Positions 1 to 13,079 of a DNA stretch of 64,000 nucleotides are shown piece after piece. Each line of letters starts with the position of its first letter. The first letter of the stretch is position 1. The stretch lies in NCBI GenBank assembly GCA_964304625.1, contig OZ199838.1, positions 16,021,731-16,085,730 on the forward strand. Reading direction: 5' to 3'. Position numbers and translations under genes: made by a program. This stretch comes from Kudoa neothunni (lineage: Eukaryota > Animalia > Cnidaria). Below the pieces are notes generated by a model, which saw only the letters and a program-made list of their open reading frames with translations, had not been told where the DNA came from and searched no databases.

Positions 1-70
1 AGCAATATTTTTGGTCAGAATTTAGTTTAATATTTAATGTTACAAAATTAGTATTTATTAAATAGAGTTA

Positions 71-1009
71 TTAAAAACTTACAAACTCTTTTTCGGGGTA
101 ATAATGAATTATAAACTGAGCCTTTCCTTCCTGTGATATGACCAATTGATATTCGGCACTCAACTCAGGTTTAAGGGCAATATATTGGACATTATCCACA
201 GTGATTTCTTTTAGATTCGATGAATTCACTTCTGTAATCATGCCATCTTCCTGTTTTAAGTACCATTTATAGTTTGTAGTGTTTTTATTCCGTTTCTTAT
301 ATATGTTTGAAAAATAAACATAATCACCCGAAGATTTAAGTAAAAAATCTTTTTCAGTTGAGTCTAACAATAACTGCATTACTAAAACATATTCCAACGT
401 AAATACCTAAAGTAATCATTCTGTTTTGGTTCTCATTTTCTAGTCTCAAAAGAATATAGTTTAATTTATTTTCCGTTATATCATCATGGTTAGATTCAGC
501 AATAATTTCGTCACAATTTTTTTTCTCTCCACTTGGATTTTTATTTTCAGCAATGAGTTTGTCAATTTTATCTTGAGAATCATATCCGAGTTGATAATAA
601 CAGTTAAATCCAAATATGGGGGGAATTTCGAAGATAAAGTTTTATTTTTGCATTCTCCCATTCATAATCATAATTGAAGGAAAATGGAACTATAAAAAGT
701 ATAAACTTATCGACTACAAAACTGCGTAACTACCTGACTTCACACGGTATGATTCTTCATTTTGATCAATTGATATAGTGAAGTCGTATTCCGTGGAAAC
801 ATCATTACGAATAGTTATATCATTGCAATAAGTGCGAACCCTACAAAAATCAATATCAACCATAAAATATGTATTTATAATTATTTACTCAGTTGATGGT
901 GTAGTATTAACACGAATATCGCACATAACATCATATGTATCTAGGTATTTGTTGTGTATAATGATCTTTTTGTCATGATAAAAAATCCCAGTAACAACAT
1001 CACGATTCA
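71..1009 (-). pseudogene. Spliced segment (4 exons, 3 domains) of the modular two-Cys beta-rich protein family; frameshifted paralog or distal 3' part of the 3712-6345 gene
   Basis: Splicing short GT-AG introns gives NRDVVTGIFYHDKKIIIHN...MCDIRVNTTPSTEVRTYCND..., then ...FNYDYEWENAKI/FIFEIPPIFGFNCYYQL...KKNCDE..., then DSTEKDFLL...KEFVSF*. One frameshift is needed near 625-640. No intact signal exon is seen upstream (MYFNRPIYAILI* at ~1077). Confidence 0.5.
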
Positions 1010-2550
1010 CTATAATAATTATTAACTTAGTTATGAATTTATATCAATATAGCATAAATTGGTCTATTAAAATACATAAATGTTTTTAATTCAGTGTTGT
1101 TGAGGAAAATTTAAACCGCCAAATCGATACCCTCATTGGAAAAGCTTCAAAGCTATTTCAACAATAAAATCCAAATATTCTATTCAATATTAGAGTTCAA
1201 AAATATTAGAATTTAAATTTATTGTAAGTTAATAAAAATAATGTAAGCCAGTGCATTAATTATTGCAATAAAATTGTATAAACGTTTTATTTTACACATG
1301 TTCAAAACCTGGATATTGCGTTCACTCTTTTTTATGTGCATTCACTTGAACTTCCCAGGTTGGTGAGCAATATCCAGAGACAACTGTATATTCGAAAATA
1401 TAGAAAATGAATTCCAGAAAGTTTTACAGGGATTATTCTTGCGTACAATCTATATCATTATTATTATCTTTATTTATAATTACATAATGTAACTACTCCA
1501 AGGAAAAAATTATAAACACTAAAACTTAATCAGTTGTACTTTGTTTTAAAAGCTGTATTTTTGAATATTTTGAGATACAGAATAGTTTTGAACATGAGGT
1601 GAGAAGATGACACCAAAATTAGAGCTCATACACAAAAAAATTAATCATTGTAAGCATACTGATTATATTACTCCATTATTAACATAAAAGATATAAAATC
1701 AATTTATAATGCATTTTACTCTTATTTGATAATGGCTAATATAAAATTTTTAGAAAATTTTAATTTGTTTAATCTTTAATAATAAGAAATAATAATTTTC
1801 AAGAAGTACATTACTTTCAGACTTCAAAAAAATTAGGAATGTAATAATTAAATACGTTTTTATTATTTAAAAGTACAATAAATATTTAAACAATTTTTTG
1901 ATGCTAAGTACTTATTCACTGTCTAGTAAAGTAATCATTTATGTCATTAAAACCTATTCTCAATAATAGCAACCATCAGAAGGAAATTTGGTTTCGATAA
2001 AAATAAGATAATACATGACTACAGAATGTCCTTCTACCAGATCATCTTTCAAATCTACAAATTGCTTCATACATAGAAATTATTTGAGCCATTACATTTC
2101 GATATTTTCTGGTCAACTATTTATCATCCATATCATTAATTTTTGCAAAGAACAATGAAAATGTTCGAAATTTTATATCTAACAAAATTTTGGAAATAAT
2201 TTTTAATTGAAAATATAATATTCATCACGTATTTATCTTTTATTAATGTTATTTATTGAAATAATTAGTCAATTATTAATAAATAATTTATTCTTTTTCT
2301 AATTTCTTAATACTTTTGCAATAATTTAAAAATTATAGTCATATGGATTCTATTTGTTATACCTATTAACTATAAAGTATCTTGAATATATTAACAAATA
2401 CAGTCGAACCCGTTTATCCGAAAATCGCGCTATTCGAACAAATTTTTAAATTTTATTTGAAAATGATGTAGATTTTCAATATAAAAAAATTGGTTTAACA
2501 GAAACAACTTTTTTCTTGAGTGTTTGGACAAAAGTGCCTTGAAATCTTGA

Positions 2551-2618
2551 CTACTTTGATTACTTTGATTACCTTGATTACCTTGATTATTTTGATTACC
2601 TTGATTACTTTGATTACT
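2551..2618. repeat. 9-bp tandem repeat (TTGATTACY, ~7 copies)
   Basis: Direct reading: tactttgat tactttgat taccttgat taccttgat ... Confidence 0.85.
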
Positions 2619-3278
2619 GCCTGGTTAAAATGACATCTTTATTTATTTTTATGTTACATATGTTCGTTATTTATTCAATTCGAGTTTATGTTTGATTAAT
2701 AGAAACTATGTAGCATAGATAATACAGTATTTTACGTTAAAAATGCAACCATGTTGATAATGAACAGATAAAAGTTGTGTAAATACAAATTCCTTCGTAT
2801 CTTCTCATGAGAAATAAAATATAAAAATGAAATTTATTAGATTGTTCAATCACAAACTAGCAGTGAATTCATAAAATAAGATGAATTCATCAATGTTCGC
2901 ACATCGGTTTTCCCCACAACACCTCCACTTTTATGTCCTTTTAAGTCTTAACCATCATTAACCAACATTAAATTGTTGGATAAATGCGTATCTTAATTAA
3001 AGAAGAAATTCTAAATATGGTTATTGAGAATTCTGAGAAAATATTCCTCATTGTTATTGTAATTATTCTTACCGATATTATTAGTACAACTCATAATATC
3101 AAAATCAAAATAGGGCGAAATTATAAAACAATTATTAATAATGATAGTAGTTCATTTTTTAGGATTTAGAATGTATCTCTAGTAGGGTACGGTGGTGATA
3201 AAGTCGTACATATCTGCATCTGTAGCACGCATGCGCCAAAAAATATTGAAATAGGAATAATATTTTACAATTGTAATT

Positions 3279-3318
<40 letters not shown>

Positions 3319-3711
3319 GGTCTTTAGAATTATAAAGTAAACATTTATTAATGAAAATTAAAGTATATAAAACTATAATCTTTTTCTTCGCACATGCGCT
3401 GAATTTTGTTTAACTAAAATTTCAGTATCCAAAAGGTAACTGTCAGGTCCCAACTTTTTCGAATAAACGAGACTCGATTTATTAATTTTTTATTTTGACA
3501 CCTGGTATAAAGTGGGTATTATTTCTTAAATCTGCAAAAAAAAATTTAATTCCTTTCCAAATAACCAAAGTTAAATATATTTTTTAATCAATTATTTTAT
3601 AAATTTTTAATAATTGTACAGTGGTAAACATATATTGCCAAACCATCATAGATTTAATCTATATTCAACGAGTTAATTCATTTGTCATGCTGGTATATAG
3701 AATTAGAATTA

Positions 3712-6345
3712 TTAGGAGCATAACAAGCCTTAATAGTTAAGTTTTACTTTAAATCCGAGAAAATAATCATTTCATACTTATATTGAAGGATGTTTTGAAC
3801 AACAGTATCATTCCATTATACACTGAGACATGATTTTTCTCATACAATCTTCGACGTGTTGTGATTTTATTGTGGCATTTATCAACGTATAATAGTCTAG
3901 TTTTTCTGTCTTCATTGGACTTATCGTTGGATGTAATAATGAAATCGCAGTATTCACTTTGGCGAAAAGTATGTGTCGGAGATATTTCGATAAAATTAGC
4001 AGACCAGCTGAAATCGTAGGTAACACGAATATCAGCTAAATTATCAAACAATATTAATATAATCAACAATTATATCCTCATACATAAATGGAGAAGTTTA
4101 TTCTTCGAAGTTTTATTTGTGAATAGTATCTCTAGATAAACAGTTCTTGCAAATATCAAACCTATATTTAGTTTGCTAATGCCTTCTTCTGTCGTTAATG
4201 CGTCCAAACAATTATTTTCACATTTGTAGCATATATATGGTGATTTTTGTCGATCGCCGTCATTCTGATATAGTACGATGTGTTGTATGAGTGCTCTATC
4301 CAAAGGGGTTCGGATATTGAGAATGGATACGGGTGGTGTAGAATTATCAATACTGGCATCTAGTGTGTCATCATCTAATTTTATAATTAGTGATTAATTT
4401 AATATTAGGTCAAATCAAATACTGTAAAGTAAATCAACATAGAAAATATTGCCAGGTATCGCCAATTTCAGATATAACCCAGTAGGGGAAGAAGTAGTTG
4501 TAGGAAGTGGAATTATTGAGTCACATTTGGTTGTTTTATAAAACTTTACTCTTTTATTCCGATTTAAATATTCCGCACGTAGGATTTCCTTATCACTGGC
4601 ATATAAGTAAGACCAATATTCATCGTTGAAATTGGTGTTAATTTTTAGTCCCTCTTGATTTCTCACCACATTAAAATTTAATTTTTCGTAAAGATTGCCA
4701 ATAGTGTGTAGATAATTCAACTGAGGGATATATATGTGTAGTGAATTAGGAATAATCAAGGAGAGATCAATTTTATAGTCGTTACACGATTTATAGCCAT
4801 CATGCGATAACGATCCATACGAGTCGTATGTTCCAGCGTTATTGTAACCATCCAACAACGTGTCAACCCTCACCAATGTGTACACACAACTGATTGGATA
4901 ATCTTCAGGAATGTTAGACCAAATTCTCATCGTATTTTCTTCGATAACATAATGAACATCAAATAATGAAGAGTTCCATTCGGAAGTTATTTCCCAGTGT
5001 GAGTTTTCATTTGACAAAAGCAGTTTATACGATTTAAGGAATCCTCTTTCGAAAATGATCATATTCTCGGTGAACAATCCAACACATCCACTTTTATTTT
5101 TTATTTTGCAAATGAATCTACGTATCAGTTTGTTGTCGGATAACTCATCCAACACATATTCTATTTGCTTCAAGGATGTGTCACTATTTAAAATAATTTT
5201 AAAACGATGGAATTCTTCCATCACTTCAAAAAACCTCTTTACATTTTCTATAAAATGAATTATTACATATAAAACACAAAATATTTTATACTAATTTTTG
5301 TATAACGCAATATTTTAGTTTTGTAATGTTTGTTTTCCAATTTCAACTTAAGGAATTCTCCATGAGGCGCTCTACATGTAAATTTTATTCTTCCATCATT
5401 TAGTGATTCTTTAGGGCATAAAGTTTCTTCCGTAGTCATAAAATATTGTTTTGGATGAATGAAGTAATTCTCAACCATATATAGGTCATTTTGTTCAATA
5501 TTTAGATCACTCAAAATTATATTAAATTGTTGTGTGGGTTTTACATTAAACATATAATGGCTCCTCCTGAATTGATTGGCTAAAGAATGTTATTAATCAT
5601 TCAAGGAGGCTATGTGTTACTGTTTATAATGAAATCGATTGGATAAGTCATATCTTTTATTTGGATGGATAAATGAACTTTAACCGCATCCGTTGGAATT
5701 CTGTATGATGGTTGGTCACAATAATTATAAACTGAATCTGGAGTAGTTTCAACTTTAGATTCGTAAATAATTTTTTTGATATAAATTCGGCAAATATATT
5801 TTTGGTACTTAAAAATATCACTTTTGAAAACTATTTTCGAAACCTCATTAATTATATAATCAATATCATTATTTTCTGGCTCTAAATATTATAATGTCAA
5901 TTTTGGGGCAATTTACAAAATTGATCTCACGTCGATTTATTTTCAACGCTTCTTTTTGTTCACAAACCTCCGTATCAATAAACAAAATATACGACGACAA
6001 CCTGCTCACGTCAAAAATCGACATGTTACATGTGTTGTCGTAGTCACATTTTATCAGACTCTTCCGAGATAATCGAATGGTACTCCCATCAAACGAATAA
6101 ACCAACTTCCAACCAATCTCAATGTATTTTAAAGGTCGTGTTAACTCTAACCACACATCTAATACATTTAAGCTAGGTCTATACGTATAATGAATATTGC
6201 AATCTTCAGCATATATATCTGCAGAATAATTAATATATATTTAGAAAATATTTTTAAGTAGACTAAAATTTTTACCAGCAAAAAAAATATCTAAAGTAAT
6301 CGCTATCAAAAACAATAACATTGACCTATTGAGAATAATTATCAT
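3712..6345 (-). CDS. Secreted modular protein of unknown function, ~750 aa (3' end uncertain)
   Basis: Signal-peptide exon MIIILNRSMLLFLIAITLDIFFA (6345-6276). GT-AG introns 6275-6219, 5930-5882, 5620-5580, 5291-5248, 4422-4375 and 4083-4036 are all phase 1 and join track ORFs 5869-6156, 5263-5553, 4415-5224, 4070-4303 and 3767-4069 into one frame. The last donor at 3777 has an ambiguous acceptor. Confidence 0.75.
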
Positions 6346-6544
6346 ATAAATCGGAGTTACTCTTTGAATTGATTTGCCTCATAATGTTATTAGAAAATCA
6401 AACAAATAAATTCCATTGTGAATTACTAATACCTTATGATTATTTCTACTCGTACATACATCAAGATAACAGAAAAATTAAGCTAAATCTGCAGACAATG
6501 GCTAATGACACATTATAGTATAATCTCTCGTCGCGATATAGCCG

Positions 6545-6970
6545 AGGACACAGCCCCGTGGTGTAGTGACCTCAATCAATACTCGAAGGTATTGGATTTG
6601 ATTCCCGCTACTGATCAATTGTCTACTTTTTCTGTAGGAGTGTGTCTCTATCGCATTATTGGGGTTGTTGTTAAAGTGCCATTTACTGCAAATGTAATTT
6701 CACCGTAGTTATAGATCGATTTAGCAGAGGAGGTTGAATTAGACGTTTGAGTGGTTTAATTAGCACTAACAAGCTTGAAATATCCGTAGAGCCAATATCC
6801 TTATGGATAGGATTTGATGTGGTGTGATGGTTACCCCTCAAATTAGGATGTTTAGTGGGGTATAATCCCACACTACTGCATAAACATAAGTCGCCTTAAT
6901 AGGACGCTACGATGCCTAAAGCGTAAATGTAGAAGGCCTAACCAACCCGAACATCACAACCTAATCTATT
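6545..6970 (+). mobile_element. Possible tRNA-derived SINE (degenerate)
   Basis: GC-richer island with A-box-like TGGTGTAGTGA (6559-6569) and B-box-like GGATTTGATTCC (6594-6605) at tRNA-like spacing; no cloverleaf or coding homology recognised. Confidence 0.35.
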
Positions 6971-7199
6971 AGGCCAGGGAATTTATCTGGTAAACAAAAA
7001 AATGGTCGAGATTTTTTATTGAAACACCAAAAAATCCCTCTTCGATAAATCAACTATTGTATATTTGTTATATTCTAAAAATAATAAAAACATTTCTCTA
7101 TAATTATTGTTTGAAACATATGACATAATCTAGAATATTAATATTGGGCTGGTGGGCGTAGATTTTTTTATTTTCTATTCTTACTTTGACCCTATAAGC

Positions 7200-9839
7200 C
7201 AGGGGTCGCCAACCTGTCACTCCCTATCTTATGTGTATAATATAAACTACAATATCTAAGGTTAAAATGCGAAGGAATTATATAATTTCTAGTCGCTGAA
7301 CTCACCAATACGTTCAAATTTTTAATTGATCTTCTCTATTTTTCACTTCAAGTTAATATAGGACGAAGAGATTCAGAAAAGTAAATAACTTATAAATAAT
7401 AAGCTTTTTGCACAGAACGTTCTCTTTTACAGCTATAATTACTAACGATACACATTAACTCTAAGTGTTTTCAATTTTTTCCACGTTTTTAACCTTCCCC
7501 AGAACGATTTTGTATTAAGCATATCTTTTTATGTCATTCATTAAATCTCACCACATTTTCAATATTCCTGGATCTTACAATTATTTACTTTTACCAACCA
7601 AGTTGGATAAAACTAATAACAAGAAAAAATGTTATTAAAATATTATCCTCTAACCTTTTTTTGAGGTATAATTTACCCCCATTTTTATTATTTTATTGTA
7701 AAGAGTATCTTGTAACTAATCAAATAGTAAATTATTAGTTAAATCAAACGAGTATATTTAAAGAAAACAACGAACAAAACGACTAGTTTGACGTAGTACG
7801 CGCATATGCGTATAATACATATTTCTAAATGAATTTCTTGAGTGATTTCATCGACGATTGTATATCATCTAGAAGCTAATTTGACGATCAAGTTATTGAT
7901 GAAAGTGATATATCTGACGAAGAAATAGATCCTATAGATATTAATGATAACAATGAAAATAATTTAAGAAGTTTAATTATTTGAAATTTACTAACGTCGC
8001 CTACGAGAAAAATCTATGTCGAAAACATAAAGAATTCCATCCTTGGCGCCATTTCCATGACGTGTCAAGAATACAATCATTTATTGAATGATTTTTGTTA
8101 TTTTTTACCTCAGAAATCGGCAGTATTATCGTATTATCATAAGGTATGAAAAAATGTGCTTGGAAATCACTATTTCAATGATGGATGACATGATACAAAT
8201 GAAATTGAATTTAAAGATCATGTAGACCTTCTAATACTAATAGTTATTCATAAGAATAGACAATTACCAGTGATAATACCGCCATCGATACGTCTCAAAA
8301 TTTAAAACCACATACGATAATGATAATGCATTACAATGCAACCAAAGGTGGGGTTGATAATGTGGGTAGAATGTTGGCATCAATTTCTATATGAATTTTA
8401 AAAGAAGATGATCGCTTATCATCTTTATCTGCATGAATGATATCTCATTGATTAATGCATTTGCATTGTTCATTATTCATTAATGACATTTGATTTAGAG
8501 AAAAAATTAAGGAGAAACTTTACGTAAGAGATTTCTGATGAATTGTACAATTCACTGTAAATAGAATCTCCAGAAAACTATCAAAAGAAATTAAATAAAA
8601 TCTTACATTCGAATAAAGAATTTAATGTAAATAATAATTAGTCGCGCTGAGATTATTCTAAAAGATAAAATGTTAAGAGAAACTCTAAATGGTGTTGTCA
8701 TAATTGCAGCAAATTTTATTTCCCCATTCATGTTTCGAAAATTTTTTAAGTATAAAATTAATTGTTACGCTTATTTTTGTGTTTTCGTTATTTTTTAATG
8801 ATTTTTTTATCAGCAAATAACGTTACTTTAATTTGTAAACGCTTACGGAGAACGTCGATATATCCCGATAATATCCTAATCAAGATTAGTTTGAGATTAT
8901 TTGGCGTAATTAATACATAATTCCAATGTTTCTACTCGTTAAAATTTAACAATATTTTTTAATCCCAAATTAATTATTTTTTCACACACATCGACGCATT
9001 AAAAAAGGTGAGGTAATTTTTACCCTAAAAGTGCTACAGGGATACAGTTGTTGAGATCGTTCATTAGAGGGTAAAATGAAAAAGTTATTTTTTATCATTA
9101 ATCAAAATTTCTCCTTAATAAAAATAAACTTTTCGAGTATTAAACACAGTACATCTCATTTATATGTATATATATGCCCAACTTTTTTCAAATCTTTAAA
9201 TTGGACCTAAGGAAACGTCGACAGTTCTTCCAATTTACAAATTCTTTTAATTTTATTTACATAAAAGAACAGTTAAACATATATTTTCATTAAAAACGAT
9301 TCTCTGTAATATATTAAACGTTCTTTAATTTAAATACAGAAACTTCATATAAAATGTCGCAGAAATAATTAAATAGTTGAAAATACACTAGAAAATTAGT
9401 TGTTTTTTGAATTTAAAAATATTATATTATTGGAATTTTCTTTTTGTTGACGATAATATTCATGAAGACATATTTTTTATCCTATACTTGTTGTTAAGAA
9501 GTTAATGATAGAATTTCTTATTTATCATAATGGAAATTATTGAAAACGAAATTAAACTATATATCTTGAAAAAAATTGGAGAAATTTAAGAGTATATTTT
9601 TTTATTGTTTCTTTCTACATTAAAAACAATAATAATTAAAATAATTTGCTAATTAGTTATATGAAAACGCGTACTTAGACTAATTCGATAATTTTCTCCA
9701 GATTTTTCCTTAATATAAGTTTCCATGGTTAAAAGTTAAATATTTTTATTCCCAAGCCTATATTTAATGTGCAGCTTCGCAAGAATTATACCCGTCATCA
9801 ATAATTGGCTCTTCCGGTCATATCAGTTGCCGACCCTAG
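7200..9839. mobile_element. hAT-like non-autonomous element hosting a piggyBac relic
   Basis: Ends CAGGGGTCGCCAAC... and ...GTTGCCGACCCTAG are imperfect inverted repeats of hAT (Buster/SPIN) type. Confidence 0.5.
7647..9071 (+). mobile_element. Decayed, internally deleted piggyBac element
   Basis: Termini CCTCTAAC... and ...CATTAGAGGG; residual transposase motif KPHTIMIMHYNATKGGVDNV at ~8305-8365; acidic N-terminal relic ~7830-7960; many stops. Confidence 0.75.
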
Positions 9840-12158
9840 TATATAAATCTATTAGGAAAAATAACCAAGAATCATGATGAAGTTGTTATCGTTCGTTACC
9901 TCTATAAAAAAGATTATTTTTTAGTAATTACAATATATTTACAATTTAAATAGTTGGAGAGATGTGTGGCAGTGAGGAAAAAGGAAATATTTTTTGATCT
10001 AATAGAGATCTCACCTATCAGAATGACAAGACATAACAAGAATAATGCATTAGAATCTCGCATGAAACCATTAGGTAATATTGATGTCGCTGAAAATAGC
10101 ATAGAGTATCTTTAATTAAAAGTTAACCCTCAAATATTATTATTGGATTTTTACACCTCAAAATTCCATTGAGTGAAGTCAATTGTAAGGCTATAAGGAA
10201 TTCATTTATCAACAATTGTGGATATGAAGATGTACAAAAATAATTTATTATATCAATAAACCGAAAAAATTTATGTTTTGAATATAAAATTTACTTCGCG
10301 CATATTACAGTTATATTTTATGATTTTTACCTCGCATGATCAAGTCACCATATACTCCATTTCTTGTATAAGTACAAAATGGTGTGAGAAAAAACAAGGT
10401 AAAGAATTATTTTTATACGTTTCTCTTTCTCTATCTCTATCTCTTTCTGTTAATGATAAATTGTTCATTTATCGAAATTTTTAAAATATATAATAATTAC
10501 ACTTGAATATTGATGAACTCAGGATGGTTGCACTACTGAAAATTAGTGCTTCTTTGAATTTTTCTAACTAACTAACTAACTAACTAACAAATAAGTTAAG
10601 TAAATATTAGATAATATGAATAAAACATATGCAGTAGTTTTAGAGATTTTAATTCCCTAAGATGAAACCTGAGCGCGATCGGATCGGATTGGATTATCAG
10701 ATATTTGAGGTATCGTATAGCCACTACCATTCTAATTATGAGAAAAAAGATAACTATCGTTAAAATTGGTCTATGAAGGTAAAACGTAAAACCTAAAATG
10801 AATATTTGATATATTTTAACAAATTTTATAACAAATAATTTTTATAGTTTGGACCTTTCACTTAATTGAACGGATTATTCAAAAATAGGTTACTTGGACA
10901 TATTTTTATTTTAATTTAATATCTTGTTTTAATTCTATAAAAACTGCAACTAATTTTTGAGTTGTCGAAATTATCAAAATAAATTTATTTCAATTTTGAT
11001 TATTAGAGATTAAATTGTTTTTAATGGGATTGGAAACGAGGGAAAAATTTTAATTTTGGCGGTTGAATTTTTGAACGAAATGAAAAAGTTTTTTGATATA
11101 TCTATCAAAAAATGATCATTACCATGAGAAAGAAAATAGAATAAATTTTTTTTCGAAACAATATTAGTTGCCCATTAAAGAATGTTAGAGATGCACATAA
11201 ATAAGTAAAAATTGAATAAAGACATAAAATAGTATTTATAATTTTTAAAAACTTACCATTCACCAAATTATATTCCAGTGTCAAAGAATAAAAATATGAC
11301 TAAAATAAAAATTGCAAATTATTTTTCGACCGAATAATCATATTCTTAATAATTTTAATAATCATAATAACCATAATAATATTTTTTGTTATTCTATTTA
11401 AATAAACGGTGTAATACTCATTCTAAAAAATAAAGAAAACTCAAAATAAAGTTACACGCGCACGCATCTTGAGTATGTATTATCGTTTGCAACGTTTAAT
11501 ACTCACCTTTTTGGTGGTCCCCAGGGGATTACATATTATCGGATGCCTACTGTATATGAGTGTATGAGTATATGACATTATGTGTGTAAATATTTGATTT
11601 TTGAAAATAAGTGCATCTACATTGTCATAGGACTATTGACATAACCCTATGACAATAATATCACAGCTAATCTACTTACAAATAGTAGTAGCGTATATAT
11701 TAATAAAGCAATTTATTTCTATCCTGGAGATTCTAATAACATTCATTAATAACTTTAAATAGCCATTAATATCTCATTAGTATCTATAATAATAATAATA
11801 ATAATATTATTATTTATCTTATCTTATCTTATCTTATCTTATTAGATTCCTGAAGGTATTCTAATGTAGCGCTCTAATTTTTGGATATTTAATACAGAAT
11901 TTTTTAAAATTAAACATAATCAGAAAAAAAAATCAATCGCTGAATTAAACGGAGTTTAAAAAATTTAACGGACTCGTGATTCAAACGCGACAAATTAATA
12001 CAATGTCACTATTAGAAATATATTGGATATTTAATGACTAAAATAAGAACGAAATTTTTCTAATAAACCAGTTTCGTTGTCATGCGCACGCAGTTCACTG
12101 GGAGCTCGTGTTGTTGTGGCGTTGACCCCTATGATTCAACTGCTATCACCTTGTTTCT

Positions 12159-13079
12159 ATGTTTATTTTATCTAAGTTGCAAACACTTGTCAAAGTGGAT
12201 CCTCACAAATTTCACATTGCCCATCCTGACATTGTTAATTTTGAGTTGTGCCGACGATTTTCCAACAAAGTATCTACTCTGATTTTTCACTGTGGTTTCT
12301 CGTTCACACAAACAATTGATAAACAGGTGCTCTACAACATTGGTTTGTGTATTTCACTGTTTGATATCACTAAAACCGAATCTTGTTTTCTATTTCCAGG
12401 CGAAGGCGCCTATCATATAATGAGTATTTGAAGTTGGGATCAATTTTATTGGTTATAGATCATCCGCTTTTAATAGTTGAATTTCGATGTGTTGTATTTC
12501 GGCCATTTGTCAACGAAATTGTCACAGGAAAAGTTTTATCATCATCGCCTCTCGGCCTAGTTGGTATATTGTTGGTTCTTCAGTGTGTGAAGTCTCACAA
12601 TGATTTTTTCAGTTAGTGTCGGTGATTTTTTCAATCATGTCTACATTGGAAGTGAAGAACTTCAAGAGCCTAGTGAATTGTATGTTAATTGTGAGGTTGG
12701 TTGTGGATTATTAAAGATGGAATTAGTGATAGAAAAGAAAATCTGTGGCTATGGAAGTATGAGGTGGAAGATGGTGTGACGCATGATTTGTACATTGAAA
12801 TTGGTGAAATTATAAAATTCAAAGTCATCCAAGAACAATTCAACGATATCAATCCTAAAGATAGTAGAAAAGACTTTGCTAATGATGGCGATGATAGTTC
12901 GATCATTACTCTAGATGATGATGATGATGATGAAACTAAAGAGAAAAAATCACCTTATGTAATATATGTGAGTTGGCTAATTTAAAGATGTTGTTGAGTT
13001 ATTTTTTCTAATAAATATTTCCAATGAGTAGGGTTCAATCTCCGAAGAAGGACTTGGCCCTCTGAAATGGTGGAATTAA
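12159..13079 (+). CDS. POLR3H: RNA polymerase III subunit RPC8/RPC25
   Basis: Introns 12270-12326, 12424-12476, 12564-12612, 12680-12726, 12968-13031 give MFILSKL...FSNKVLYNIGLCISLFDITK...FPGEG...EFRCVVFRPFVNEIVTGK...HDLYIEIGEIIKFKV...PYVIYGSISEEGLGPLKWWN*, matching RPC25 motifs. Confidence 0.95.
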
